Of a stretch of DNA of 64,000 nucleotides, positions 30,795 through 40,038 are shown piece after piece. Each line of letters opens with the position of its first letter. Position 1 is the first letter of the stretch. The notes under the pieces were generated by a model. It was not told where the DNA came from and searched no databases. It saw nothing but the letters and a program-made list of their open reading frames with translations. The stretch is taken from assembly GCA_965215605.1 (NCBI GenBank), contig OZ244070.1, forward strand, positions 1,088,001 through 1,152,000, given 5' to 3'. Source of the DNA: an uncultured Candidatus Binatia bacterium. GTDB taxonomy: Bacteria; Desulfobacterota; Binatia; UBA9968; JAJDTQ01. The translations under genes were made by a program, and so were the position numbers.

Positions 30795-32495
30795 TCACAG
30801 CCGTTTTGCTTGCGACAGCCGGTCCACCTTCACCGTCTCCTTCCGCCGGGGCTCCGGGAACACGTCCGGCGTGCACAGGACATCCACCAGGACGGGTCGG
30901 GTCTGGCCCAGGCGCAGGGCTTCCGCGAAGGCGTCCTCGAGATCGGACGGTTCGGTGACCCGGATGCCGCCGGCGCCGAAGAGACGGGCATACTCATCGA
31001 ACGGCGGATTACCGATGGCGTCCCCGATATAGCGCTCGTCGTAGTAGAACTTCTGGTAAGCGCGTTCGGAGCCGTAGTTGAAGTTGTTGAGGATGAAGCA
31101 GGTGGTGGGGATGCCTTCGCGCACCGCGGTCTCCAGCTCGGCGCCGTTGTAGAGAAAGGAGCCGTCGCCGCTGATGGTGACGACCGGACGTTCCGGCGCG
31201 GCGAGCTTGGCGCCCAGGCCCACGGGATAACCGATGCCGATGGCGGCGAGTCCCTGGGGGGCCAACAGGCTCCGGGGACGTTCGAAGGTCTGGTACTCGT
31301 ACAGGTAGCCGGGGCCGACGCCGGCGTCGAGGGTGATGATGGCGTCCCTTGGCAGCACCTTGCGCAGGGCGGCGTGGACCCGCCGAGGGTCCAGCGGGCG
31401 GCCATTGTAGCCTGCGGCCTCGTTCCGGTGCCGCTCCTGCGCAGACCGCACCCTGGCGGCCTTCTTCACCCAGCCCGGGCGGCCGGCTCCTTTCCTCTTG
31501 ATCGACCGCAGCAGAGCCTTCAGGGCGGTCCGGGCGTCCGCCTGGATGCCCACCTGCGCCGGGTAGACCCGGCCGATGTTGTTCCGGTCCTGGGCGATGT
31601 GAATCAGCTTCGTGCCGGGCGCGAAGAACTCCGGATGCCAGAACGTGGTGGTGTGGCCCAGGCTGGTGCCCACCGCCAGCACCAGGTCGGCCTCCTTGAA
31701 GAAGGCCTGGGCCTCGGGCAGCGCGCCACGGCCGATGGTGCCGAGGTAAAGGGGATGCGAGTGCGGCGCCACGTCATCCCTGCCGGTGGAGGACATGACC
31801 GGGGCCTCGAGGCGTTTCGATAACGCGACGATCTCGTCGCTGGCCTCGGACCACAGGACCCCGCCGCCGGCCAGCAGCAGCGGGCGGCGCGCCTTCTCCA
31901 GGAGGCTCACGGCCGCGGCCACGGCCGCGGACTCGGGGGCGGGTGCGGCCACCTCCCCGTGAATCAGCCCGCCCATGTCCGCCAGCTCCACGGTCTCGTT
32001 CAGGACATCCCGGGGAAGATCCAGATGCACGGGTCCGGGCACCCCGGCCATGGTGCGCTGGTAGGCTTCCCGGGTAAACGCCGCCGCCAGCTCGGGCTTG
32101 CGCACCTGCGCCGACCACTTGACCACGGGCCGGAACATGGCTTGCTGATCGATCTCCTGGCTCGAATCCCGGAACATGTCCTTCAGCATCGGCGCGCCGG
32201 TGATGACCAGCATCGGGCTCTGGGCGTGGAAGGCGTTGGCCACCCCGGTCAAGAGGTTGGTGGCGCCGGGGCCGTTGGTGGCGATGCACACCCCGGGCCG
32301 TCCGGCGATGCGGCCGTAGCCGTCGGCCATCAGGGCGGCGGCCTGCTCGTGGCGGGTGGACAGGAACTGGATGTCGTCCCTACCGTATATGCCGTCGAGA
32401 ATCTCGAGCATGCACGATCCCACGACGCCAATCACCTTGCGCACGCCGAGCTGCGCCAGAACTTCCGCGACTGCATGCCCCGCGGTCATTTGCAT
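30795..32495 (-). CDS. Thiamine pyrophosphate-binding enzyme (acetolactate synthase / Xsc-like)
   Basis: RHEQAAA, GPGATN, GDGSF...NN TPP motif; start MQMTAGH with GGAGG RBS. Confidence 0.88.
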   Translation of the reverse strand: MQMTAGHAVAEVLAQLGVRKVIGVVGSCMLEILDGIYGRDDIQFLSTRHEQAAALMADGYGRIAGRPGVCIATNGPGATNLLTGVANAFHAQSPMLVITGAPMLKDMFRDSSQEIDQQAMFRPVVKWSAQVRKPELAAAFTREAYQRTMAGVPGPVHLDLPRDVLNETVELADMGGLIHGEVAAPAPESAAVAAAVSLLEKARRPLLLAGGGVLWSEASDEIVALSKRLEAPVMSSTGRDDVAPHSHPLYLGTIGRGALPEAQAFFKEADLVLAVGTSLGHTTTFWHPEFFAPGTKLIHIAQDRNNIGRVYPAQVGIQADARTALKALLRSIKRKGAGRPGWVKKAARVRSAQERHRNEAAGYNGRPLDPRRVHAALRKVLPRDAIITLDAGVGPGYLYEYQTFERPRSLLAPQGLAAIGIGYPVGLGAKLAAPERPVVTISGDGSFLYNGAELETAVREGIPTTCFILNNFNYGSERAYQKFYYDERYIGDAIGNPPFDEYARLFGAGGIRVTEPSDLEDAFAEALRLGQTRPVLVDVLCTPDVFPEPRRKETVKVDRLSQAKRL

Positions 32496-32714
32496 GATGT
32501 GTTTCCTCCGGTCGTTCCGAGCGCCAGGCGGTACGGACGATGCTGTTTCGAAACCGTAAAGGAGGCGGCCGGGCAACACAAGAGCAGCGTTCCGGCTGCC
32601 CGGGGGAGAAGTTTGGCGTGGAATCCGCTGGGCGCGTCTGGTAAGATCCGTGCTGTCGCGGACCGGGGTCCCTTCCGGTTTCGTGCGAGCCTCCCCGCAG
32701 AGAGGAGAGAACAC

Positions 32715-33725
32715 ATGGAGCCCAGCGGCATCCTATTCACCGAGCGCCGGGAGCAGCCCGTCAAGCAGTGGCCGTTCCCGAGCAAGAAGGTGGGCGCGAC
32801 CACCAAGGCGAAGCGCCATCCGCAGACCCGGCGGTTCATGTTCATGCGGGAAGACCACGACCGCCGCAACCTGCACGACGGTCCGGTCAATCCCGACCGC
32901 CTGGAGACCAGGGACTGGGCCGGGGTGACCCGCACGATGAAGAAGGTGGCGCTGGACATGGGGGCCGAAATCGTCGGCGTGGCGCCCATCGACGAGTTCG
33001 ACTACGTGCGCGGCACCAAGCCGCCGGAAGGTCACAAGGTGGCCATCTCCTTCGCCATTCACATGGACTTCGAGGAGATGAAGCGGCTGGGTCCCTTGGC
33101 GCAGATGGAGGTGCACAAGGTCTACTACCTGCTGTCGGACGTCTCCGTCCGGTTGGCCCAGTACATCCGCTCCTACGGTTACCACGCGGTGGGATACCCC
33201 AACGAGGGCGACATCCTCTTCATTCCGGTGGCCTGGAAGGCCGGCCTCGGCGAGTTGGGACGGCACGGTTCCCTCATCACCAAGAAGTTCGGCCCGAGCG
33301 TGCGGCTGGGCGCGGTGACCACCGAGATGCCGCTGATTCCCGAGGCGCAGCCGGCCAACTACGGCTTTGATGACTTCTGCCTGCGCTGCAACGCGTGCAC
33401 GAACCTGTGCCCCGGCGATGCCATCGTGCCCAAGAAGCAGGACATCTTCGGCATCCTGCGCTGGCACGTGGACACGCCGCAGTGCCGGCCCTTCTTCGAG
33501 CAGTACGAGGGCTGCAAGATCTGCCTGACGGTCTGCCCCATCAACGCCCGGACCCATGTGGCACCCATGTACAAGGACCTGATGAAGGGACTCATGCGGC
33601 GCAAGATCCCCATCCGGCAACTCATCGACGAGTGGCGGACCGAAGGCTTTCAGGAGGCCGAGGAGTTCGGCGAGGGTTGGGTCCCGGAGCTCGAGGACGA
33701 CGAATCGGACAACGGCCGGGAGTAG
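32715..33725 (+). CDS. Reductive dehalogenase / QueG-like cobalamin and 2x[4Fe-4S] protein
   Basis: GAEIVGVA, AGLGELGRHGSLIT, FGPSVRL, FCLRCNACTNLCP, W....PQC...CKICLTVCP; AGGAG RBS; no Tat signal. Confidence 0.8.
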   Translation: MEPSGILFTERREQPVKQWPFPSKKVGATTKAKRHPQTRRFMFMREDHDRRNLHDGPVNPDRLETRDWAGVTRTMKKVALDMGAEIVGVAPIDEFDYVRGTKPPEGHKVAISFAIHMDFEEMKRLGPLAQMEVHKVYYLLSDVSVRLAQYIRSYGYHAVGYPNEGDILFIPVAWKAGLGELGRHGSLITKKFGPSVRLGAVTTEMPLIPEAQPANYGFDDFCLRCNACTNLCPGDAIVPKKQDIFGILRWHVDTPQCRPFFEQYEGCKICLTVCPINARTHVAPMYKDLMKGLMRRKIPIRQLIDEWRTEGFQEAEEFGEGWVPELEDDESDNGRE

Positions 33726-33766
33726 CGCCCGCCGGACCCGCCACCGCCCGCGCGAAAGGAGATTTC

Positions 33767-34087
33767 ATGTTTTTTGAACTGCGCCAGTACAAGACCAGGC
33801 CCGGCCAACGCGACGCCTGGGTCAAGACCATGGAAGAGAAGATCCTTCCGTTCCACGCCTCCAACGGAGTCGTGGTTTCCGGCAGCTTCACCGGTCGGGA
33901 CGATGACGACACCTACGTCTGGCTGCGCCGCTTCGACAGCCAGGAGCAGAAAGAAGCCTTCGCGAAGCTCATCGCGGAGAGCGACTACTGGAAGAACGAG
34001 GTGGTTCCCGACATCCAGGCCATGCTGGACCGGGAGGCCATGGTGGTCACGGCGCTCGAAGCGACCGCGCTGTCGGTCATCAACTGA
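33767..34087 (+). CDS. NIPSNAP family protein
   Basis: MFFELRQY..RPG, YVWLRRF; AAGGAG RBS. Confidence 0.85.
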   Translation: MFFELRQYKTRPGQRDAWVKTMEEKILPFHASNGVVVSGSFTGRDDDDTYVWLRRFDSQEQKEAFAKLIAESDYWKNEVVPDIQAMLDREAMVVTALEATALSVIN

Positions 34088-34102
34088 GCGGCTCCCGGCC
34101 GG

Positions 34103-35461
34103 TCACTTCGACCCGCCCAACAGCTCGCAAAGCCCGCCGATGCTCTCTACGCCCTCCAGGCCGTCGATGAGGTCGGCAACTCGCCCGACCCGCTCAGGTT
34201 CCAGCACCCTGCCCGCGCAGGTGTCGAACTTGTGCCGCAACTCCGCCGGGGTCAGGGGCTTTTCGGGCCTGCCCCGTGAGTGGTCCACCCGCCGGCGCAA
34301 CTCGCCGCCGTCCTTGAGACGGACCGTGACGTCGGCGGGACGGGCGCCGTCCGCGGTTTCCACGAGGCCATTGTCCAGCTCCATGACGATGCTTCCCGCG
34401 ACGCCCCGGACCGCCGGGTCCGCCGCGGCTTCGTCCGTGAACGTATCCAGCACCAGCGCCCCGTCCACCAGCGCCCTCGCCAGAATGTAGGGCATGCTGA
34501 ACTTGGACTCGATGCCGTTGGCCGGCAACGCGTTCATGATCCGGTCGAAGACCTGGGACGTCACGCCCACCCGCATGGAATCCACCTGGTCCGGCCGAAG
34601 ACCTTCCTGCCGCAGCTCCAGCACGGCGTCCACGGCGGAATGAGTCAGGCCGCCGCAGGGATACGGCTTGACGCTGACGCCGATGCCGGCGAGGTCGAAG
34701 CCGCGGCCGAGAGTCTCGAACGGGCCAGGGTCACACTCAAGCCCGCGGCCAAAGCAGTCGAACACCCCCTTGCCCTCCTCGAGCGCCGCCGGGCTGGAAG
34801 TGAGACCTTGCCCGGCGAGACGCGCGGCCATCACGCCATTCTGGGCCGCCAGGCCCGAGTGCAGCGGCTTGGTCATGGTGGCGAAGTTCCACACCATTCC
34901 CGACGCCATGGAAGCGGCAATACCCAAGGCATTGCGCATGGCGCCCGCGTCCAGGCCCGCCAGCCGTGCGCAGCAGGCCGCGGCCCCTACCGTTCCAAAG
35001 CTCGATGTCGCGTGCCAGTGGCCGTGCGTGGAGAGTTGCGGCATGGAACGGGCCAGCCGGGACACCACCTCGAAACCGGCCACGTAGGCGGCGAGGACGT
35101 CCCTGCCGCTGGCCGCCGTCGCCTCCCCCATGGTCAGCACCGCCGGGATCAGGCCGGCGGTGGGTTGACCCATGAGATAGCTGTGATCGAAGTCCAGGGC
35201 GTGCGCCGAGGTGCCGTTGCACAGCGCGGCCAAGGAGGCCGAGGTCTGGAAACCCTGGCCGATGACCGTTGCCTCGGCGGCCCCGGATTCCTGCCGCGCC
35301 AGCGTGCCGCAGATGCACGCGCTCTCCTCCTCGGAGCCCGCCAGCGCAACGCCGACGCAGTCGAGGACCGCTGCCTTCGCCGCATCGACGACGTCTGGCG
35401 GCAGCTTGTCGAAATCATTGTCGACGACGAATGCCGCGATCCTGTCTGCAAGCCCGTCCAT
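34103..35461 (-). CDS. MmgE/PrpD family protein
   Basis: LDCVGVALAG, NGTSAHALDFD, HWHAT, TKPLHSG, KPYPCG..TH, KFSMPY, RGRPEKPL. Confidence 0.9.
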   Translation of the reverse strand: MDGLADRIAAFVVDNDFDKLPPDVVDAAKAAVLDCVGVALAGSEEESACICGTLARQESGAAEATVIGQGFQTSASLAALCNGTSAHALDFDHSYLMGQPTAGLIPAVLTMGEATAASGRDVLAAYVAGFEVVSRLARSMPQLSTHGHWHATSSFGTVGAAACCARLAGLDAGAMRNALGIAASMASGMVWNFATMTKPLHSGLAAQNGVMAARLAGQGLTSSPAALEEGKGVFDCFGRGLECDPGPFETLGRGFDLAGIGVSVKPYPCGGLTHSAVDAVLELRQEGLRPDQVDSMRVGVTSQVFDRIMNALPANGIESKFSMPYILARALVDGALVLDTFTDEAAADPAVRGVAGSIVMELDNGLVETADGARPADVTVRLKDGGELRRRVDHSRGRPEKPLTPAELRHKFDTCAGRVLEPERVGRVADLIDGLEGVESIGGLCELLGGSK

Positions 35462-35492
35462 GGTGTATTCCTTTCAAACGGAGCGGACGCCG

Positions 35493-35786
35493 TCACAGCC
35501 ATCCGAGAAACCGGAACAGCCCCGGCCGGTCGGTGAATTCGTTGATGGGGAGACGCTCCAGAAACAGAATTCCCTTGGGCGTCACGGGCGGCACCTGCGA
35601 ACGCACCGTGTAGGACCCGCCGGTTTCGGTCAGGCGAAAACCGTCGTTGGAGAGGTCCACGAAACCCTTGCGGCAGAGCAGGTCGAGGGCCGCGCGTTGC
35701 CTTTCGTCGAAGCGCATCTCGATGTCTCCCGCCCTGAAAGTACGCACCAAGCCCGCGAGCAATGCTACAGCCTTTGAATCCTTCAT
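35493..35786 (-). CDS. Hypothetical protein (possible winged-helix)
   Basis: 97-aa ORF with L..KGFV...FRLTETG pattern. Confidence 0.45.
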   Translation of the reverse strand: MKDSKAVALLAGLVRTFRAGDIEMRFDERQRAALDLLCRKGFVDLSNDGFRLTETGGSYTVRSQVPPVTPKGILFLERLPINEFTDRPGLFRFLGWL

Positions 35787-35837
35787 CGAGGCCCCATTCG
35801 TTCACGCTCGCGCGTTGGACACCGGCTCCTTCCGAGG

Positions 35838-36560
35838 TCAAGACTCTTCTTGGAAACGTTCGTACACATCGAGATCGAACAACCGCGCCGACACGATTTC
35901 CGACATGGGGACAACGATCCGAAAATCGTTCAAATCATCAAGTCGCTCCTCCGACACTTCCCGCTCCTCGTTCCATTCCCCAGACTCATCCAACTCATCA
36001 AGCCATTCCCCAATGATGTCGGAATAGTAGGTCGTGATTCTCAATTCTTGACTGCCAGGTTCTCGATATCCACTGGCCAGCGGGACAAGGGCGATGTCAG
36101 ATTCCCCGTGGGCCTGGAGTCCGCTATTGAGGGCCAATCCTATGTAGGACTTCCCCGTACGTAGTGAAAGCTCGACAAATAACTGCCGTTCTGTCGATTC
36201 CGCGAGAAGTAGTTCTATCAGGTCGCCCTTGTCCCGTGCCGCCTGTCTGGTGGCCGTTCCTTTGCCATGGAAGCGATTCAAGATCAGTGGCGACGCGACC
36301 CCCAACATCGCACTCAATACAGCGGTGCCAGAGTAGGAGAAAGGTACGAAGGACTGCCACAATGCACCGCCATACGGACACACATGGAATCCTAGTGAAG
36401 CGATGACGTATGCAACGACAACCAGGACCGCACCGGCGATCGCGGCCTGAAAGAAGAGATGATAACCGGACGCGCGTGCTGCGTTGAAACGCGTCCAGTT
36501 GCAATGCGTGAGGAACCAATAACCCCCGAGTGCGGGAATCAGCAGCCAACCCAAGGCCAA
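35838..36560 (-). CDS. Hypothetical membrane protein
   Basis: About 3 N-terminal TM segments plus a soluble Sm-like region (VELSLRTGKSYIG); visibly more AT-rich than flanks. Confidence 0.7.
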   Translation of the reverse strand: MALGWLLIPALGGYWFLTHCNWTRFNAARASGYHLFFQAAIAGAVLVVVAYVIASLGFHVCPYGGALWQSFVPFSYSGTAVLSAMLGVASPLILNRFHGKGTATRQAARDKGDLIELLLAESTERQLFVELSLRTGKSYIGLALNSGLQAHGESDIALVPLASGYREPGSQELRITTYYSDIIGEWLDELDESGEWNEEREVSEERLDDLNDFRIVVPMSEIVSARLFDLDVYERFQEES

Positions 36561-36612
36561 GGTGCTTGCTCGATGGAGGAGCTAGATCGCGCCCGCAATT
36601 GCGTACGCGAGG

Positions 36613-36792
36613 CTAGTCTGAGGTATTTTCCGAGGCCTTCCGTTCACGCTGCCTGTTGGCGAAGTCCGCCATCTTCTTGACTGCGTCCCGCCCGCGTGTA
36701 CTCCGCAGGAGTTCGTCAGCCTGGACGTAACGCTCGCCCCGAGATGTGTAGTAGACTCTCGGACGGTCTGCCTCTGGTTCCTTTTTCCCCAT
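36613..36792 (-). CDS. Hypothetical small protein
   Basis: MGKKEPEADRPRVYYTSRGERYVQADELL...; GGAGG RBS upstream of ATG at 36792. Confidence 0.5.
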   Translation of the reverse strand: MGKKEPEADRPRVYYTSRGERYVQADELLRSTRGRDAVKKMADFANRQRERKASENTSD

Positions 36793-36870
36793 GATCGGAA
36801 TCCTCCGTACACCACCGTCTATATACTCATCCCCTCGGCTTATCAATCAGCGCTCAGAAGCCGAGTTTCA

Positions 36871-37824
36871 CTACGCGCCCTGTTCAGGCTCCCGGTTCCC
36901 CCGCCCCGAGGTGGCGCCGAGGACCGTAGTGGCGGCGCTGATCATGGACGTGATGTCGCTCAGATTCGCCGGAACGATGAGGGTGTTGCCTTCCTTGGCG
37001 AGGTTGCCGAACCGCTCCAGGTAGTTCTCGGCGACCCGGAGCTGCATGGCCTTGTCGCCGCCCTCCGTGTCCAGGGCTTCCGCGACCTTCTTGAGCCCTT
37101 CGGCGGTGGCGCCGGCCACCGCCAGGATGGCCGAGGCCTCACCTTCAGCCTCGTTGATCTGCCGCTGCTTGGCCGCTTCCGAAGCCTTGATGACCTGCTG
37201 CTTCTCGCCTTCGGCCTCGTTGATCTTGGCGTCCCGTTCGCCCTCCGACGACAGCACGGTGGCGCGCTTCTCGCGCTCCGCCCGCATCTGCTTCTCCATG
37301 GCGGAGAGCACGTCCGACGGCGGGTTGATGTTCTTGATCTCGTAACGGAGGACCTTCACGCCCCAGGGATCGGACGCATGGTCGAGCTCCTCGACCACCC
37401 TCAGATTGATGTGCCCCCGCTCCTCGAAGGTCTTGTCCAGCTCGATCTTGCCGATCTCGCTGCGCAGCGTGGTCTGGGCGAGCTGGGAGATGGCGAAGAC
37501 GTAGTTGCCGATGCCGTAGGACGCTCTTGCCGGATCTACCACCTGCATGTAGAGAACGCCGTCCACCCCCACCTGGACGTTGTCCGAGGTGATGCAGATC
37601 TGCTCCTCGATATCCAGCGCGTGCTCCTTGAGGCTGTGGCGGTAGGCGACACGCTCCAGGAACGGCACCAGGATGTTGAACCCCGGGCCGAGTGTGCGCG
37701 AGAACTTCCCGAGATTCTCGACGACGTACGCGTTCTGCTGAGGCACCACCACCGCCGTCTTGATCAGCACTATCAGCACCACGAGGACGATAACGCCCGT
37801 GGTGATCAGAAAACCCATATCCAT
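36871..37824 (-). CDS. SPFH/band 7 (QmcA/paraslipin-like) protein
   Basis: VVPQQNAYVVE.LGKF, LAQTTLRSEIG, WGVKVLRYEIK, QMRAEREKRA. Confidence 0.93.
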   Translation of the reverse strand: MDMGFLITTGVIVLVVLIVLIKTAVVVPQQNAYVVENLGKFSRTLGPGFNILVPFLERVAYRHSLKEHALDIEEQICITSDNVQVGVDGVLYMQVVDPARASYGIGNYVFAISQLAQTTLRSEIGKIELDKTFEERGHINLRVVEELDHASDPWGVKVLRYEIKNINPPSDVLSAMEKQMRAEREKRATVLSSEGERDAKINEAEGEKQQVIKASEAAKQRQINEAEGEASAILAVAGATAEGLKKVAEALDTEGGDKAMQLRVAENYLERFGNLAKEGNTLIVPANLSDITSMISAATTVLGATSGRGNREPEQGA

Positions 37825-38292
37825 CTACTTTCCTTCCTCGGGTTCGTTCACCCTGTCGCCCGGCAACCCCTCGATGGACAGATTCAGGCTGTCTCTGCCC
37901 ACAACCCGCGCCTGGGCGCCTGCCATGATCGGCGCCGGGCCCACGTTGACCGCGGTCCACTGCGTGCCCTGGAAGCTGACCCGGGTCTGTGCGCCGAGAG
38001 GCACGTCTTCACCCACGGATACGATCCGGCCGGCCACCGTGTACTCGAAACCCGGCAGACCGCCGCGGATCCGGTCGTAGAGCTTCCCCCGGAACCACAC
38101 CATGGACACCACCGCCAGGATCGCGAATGCCAACAATTGACCCCAAACGGGAAACTCCACTCCCGCCAGGCCGATGAGCCCGACCAGGACCGCGGCGGCC
38201 CCGACGAAGATGAGGTAGAACGCGGCGTCGACGGCCGTCAACTCCACACCCATCAAAAGGATTCCAAGACTCAACCAGCCCCACCAAGGCAT
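37825..38292 (-). CDS. NfeD family protein
   Basis: TM helices plus C-terminal OB fold (GTQWTA); adjacent to the SPFH gene. Confidence 0.85.
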   Translation of the reverse strand: MPWWGWLSLGILLMGVELTAVDAAFYLIFVGAAAVLVGLIGLAGVEFPVWGQLLAFAILAVVSMVWFRGKLYDRIRGGLPGFEYTVAGRIVSVGEDVPLGAQTRVSFQGTQWTAVNVGPAPIMAGAQARVVGRDSLNLSIEGLPGDRVNEPEEGK

Positions 38293-38445
38293 GTCCCTGC
38301 TCCCGCGCGTTGGGCCGTCTTCGGCTTCTTCGGCAGCGACCATCCTCCGTCCACGGCGACGGTCGCTGCCGGTATTGGTTTGGCCCCCTGATACGAGTAT
38401 GCTCGTTTACATGGGTCGGATCAATCCCGCCAAGGAGGTGCTGTC

Positions 38446-39225
38446 GTGACGTCACCGGATCAGTTCATCGACGAGTTGTGGGATTACGCAAACCAGGTGC
38501 CAATGGTGGAGCACCCTTGGTTCAAGGGTATCGTCGACCACCGGTGGAGCCGCGAACAGATCGTCCTGGGGGAGGTGCAGCACTATCTCCGGGTCCGCAC
38601 CAACCCCATCTACTTCGGCTACATGGCAGTCAACGCGGTGGCGAACCGGGAACAGGGGTTGGCGGACGTGGTGCTCGAGAACTTCATGGAAGAGCTGTCG
38701 GGCGACCGCAGCCACGTGGACATCATGTACCAGTTCCTGGAGGAAGCCGGGATCTCGCGCGACGAAGCCGACAACGCCGAGCCCACGCCCGGCACGCTGG
38801 CGGCCATCGAGATGATCATCGGCTGCTGCCAGCGAAGGTCCGCGCTGGAGGGCGTGGCCATGCTTGCGTTCGTCGAAAGCCAGCACGGCGGCCCCGACGG
38901 CGCGGCCGCCCGGGTCTACAAGGAGTTGGCGGGATACTACGGCTTTTCGGAACGGCAAGTGGAGACGTACCGCATCCATGCGGAACAGGACGTGGGGCAC
39001 GGCTCCCGGCAGATCGATACCCTTTGCCAAGCCGCCGCCGATCCGGAGGTCCGGGAACGGATCCGGCGCGCCGTGAAGCTCGGCATCACCGCGTTCACGC
39101 TGGAGTGGGACGGCCACGTCCAGGCCATGACCGGGCGGCGGGACTTCTGGCCCGGCGTCCGGCCCTTCGACCCACGTCAGGCGGAGAACAGCCTGCCGCG
39201 GGCACGGCAAGCGCAAGCGCGGTAG
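38446..39225 (+). CDS. Heme-oxygenase-like diiron oxidase (CADD/PqqC/TenA fold)
   Basis: HPWF, ENFMEE...SH, FVE, IHAEQDVGHG metal-ligand pattern; AGGAGG RBS. Confidence 0.82.
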   Translation: MTSPDQFIDELWDYANQVPMVEHPWFKGIVDHRWSREQIVLGEVQHYLRVRTNPIYFGYMAVNAVANREQGLADVVLENFMEELSGDRSHVDIMYQFLEEAGISRDEADNAEPTPGTLAAIEMIIGCCQRRSALEGVAMLAFVESQHGGPDGAAARVYKELAGYYGFSERQVETYRIHAEQDVGHGSRQIDTLCQAAADPEVRERIRRAVKLGITAFTLEWDGHVQAMTGRRDFWPGVRPFDPRQAENSLPRARQAQAR

Positions 39226-39248
39226 AGCACGAACTACCCCACCCTGCG

Positions 39249-39299
39249 TGGATTCCCGCCCCCCGATGGGGTCGAGGGCATGCTTTCGCGGGAACGACG
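39249..39299. repeat. REP-like palindrome with internal insert
   Basis: TGGATTCCCGC-[CCCCCGATGGGGTCGAGGGCAT]-GCTTTCGCGGGAACGACG; same family as 57687. Confidence 0.7.
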
Positions 39300-39325
39300 T
39301 ACCGGGACAGGCGAGGCGGGCCGCC

Positions 39326-39541
39326 TTAGAGCGGCCAGTCGTCCGGCAGCGGCGCGCGCAGCTTCTGGTACTCGGGGTCGTCGCCGCAGGTCTCACCCAC
39401 GCCTTTCAGCGTCGCGACGAGGTCGTCGAGTTCCATGCCCAATGTGTTGGAGACCATACCCGCGGTCTCTTCGAAGCCGAGGCCTCAATTCCCGTATCAG
39501 CCGCCCATGCGCTTGAAGATGTATATCTCCCGTTCGGTCAT
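39326..39541 (-). CDS. Putative 71-aa selenoprotein with two in-frame UGA codons (GG-U-YGN-U-G)
   Basis: Manual translation MTEREIYIFKRMGG*YGN*GLGFEETAGMVSNTLGMELDDLVATLKGVGETCGDDPEYQKLRAPLPDDWPL(TAA); GGAGGGG RBS; TGA at 39497-39499 and 39485-39487; downstream hairpin. Confidence 0.7.
39450..39469 (-). promoter_or_regulatory. Candidate bacterial SECIS hairpin
   Basis: GAGACCG-CGGGUA-UGGUCUC stem-loop with G-rich loop, separated from the second UGA by 15 nt. Confidence 0.55.
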
Positions 39542-39594
39542 GCTTTCCCCTCCAAACCGCTAATCCACGTCTTCAGTCCCATCCATGTCAACCG

Positions 39595-40038
39595 TCAGAC
39601 ATTCACGGCATTCGGTTGACGTTCCGGCTCGGAAAAACCGACTCGTTGAACCGTCACCAGATCGGTCTCGGCCGCGGGCGCCCCATCCCTTGCGAAGCGC
39701 ACGGTCATGCGCGCCAGTATCCGCCAACGCGCCCCTTGCCATTCTACCGTAGTGATCAGGAACGCATTCTCCACCACGTCCCTACCGTTGCAAGCTACCA
39801 CGGCCTCCAGATGCGTGCTGCCCGACGGCGCCACGCGGACAGGGTCCAGCTCCATGAGGCCGCTGAGAAACTTCCCGTGCGGGAAGCGGGCGTCCAGCAA
39901 CCGCGTCTCGGAAGAGGTCAGGTTGTCGATGCGCCAGACGATGCGCCAATCCCGGCCGCTCCGGGCGCAGGACGTCTGTGTGACCCGGACCCGCGGTTCG
40001 CCGGCTTCCTGCCCTGCACGCGGTCGCGCACCGCTCAT
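39595..40038 (-). CDS. Hypothetical beta-rich protein coupled to UbiD gene
   Basis: MSGARP...FPHGKF...VVENAFLI...; ATGA overlap with the UbiD-family stop codon. Confidence 0.65.
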   Translation of the reverse strand: MSGARPRAGQEAGEPRVRVTQTSCARSGRDWRIVWRIDNLTSSETRLLDARFPHGKFLSGLMELDPVRVAPSGSTHLEAVVACNGRDVVENAFLITTVEWQGARWRILARMTVRFARDGAPAAETDLVTVQRVGFSEPERQPNAVNV

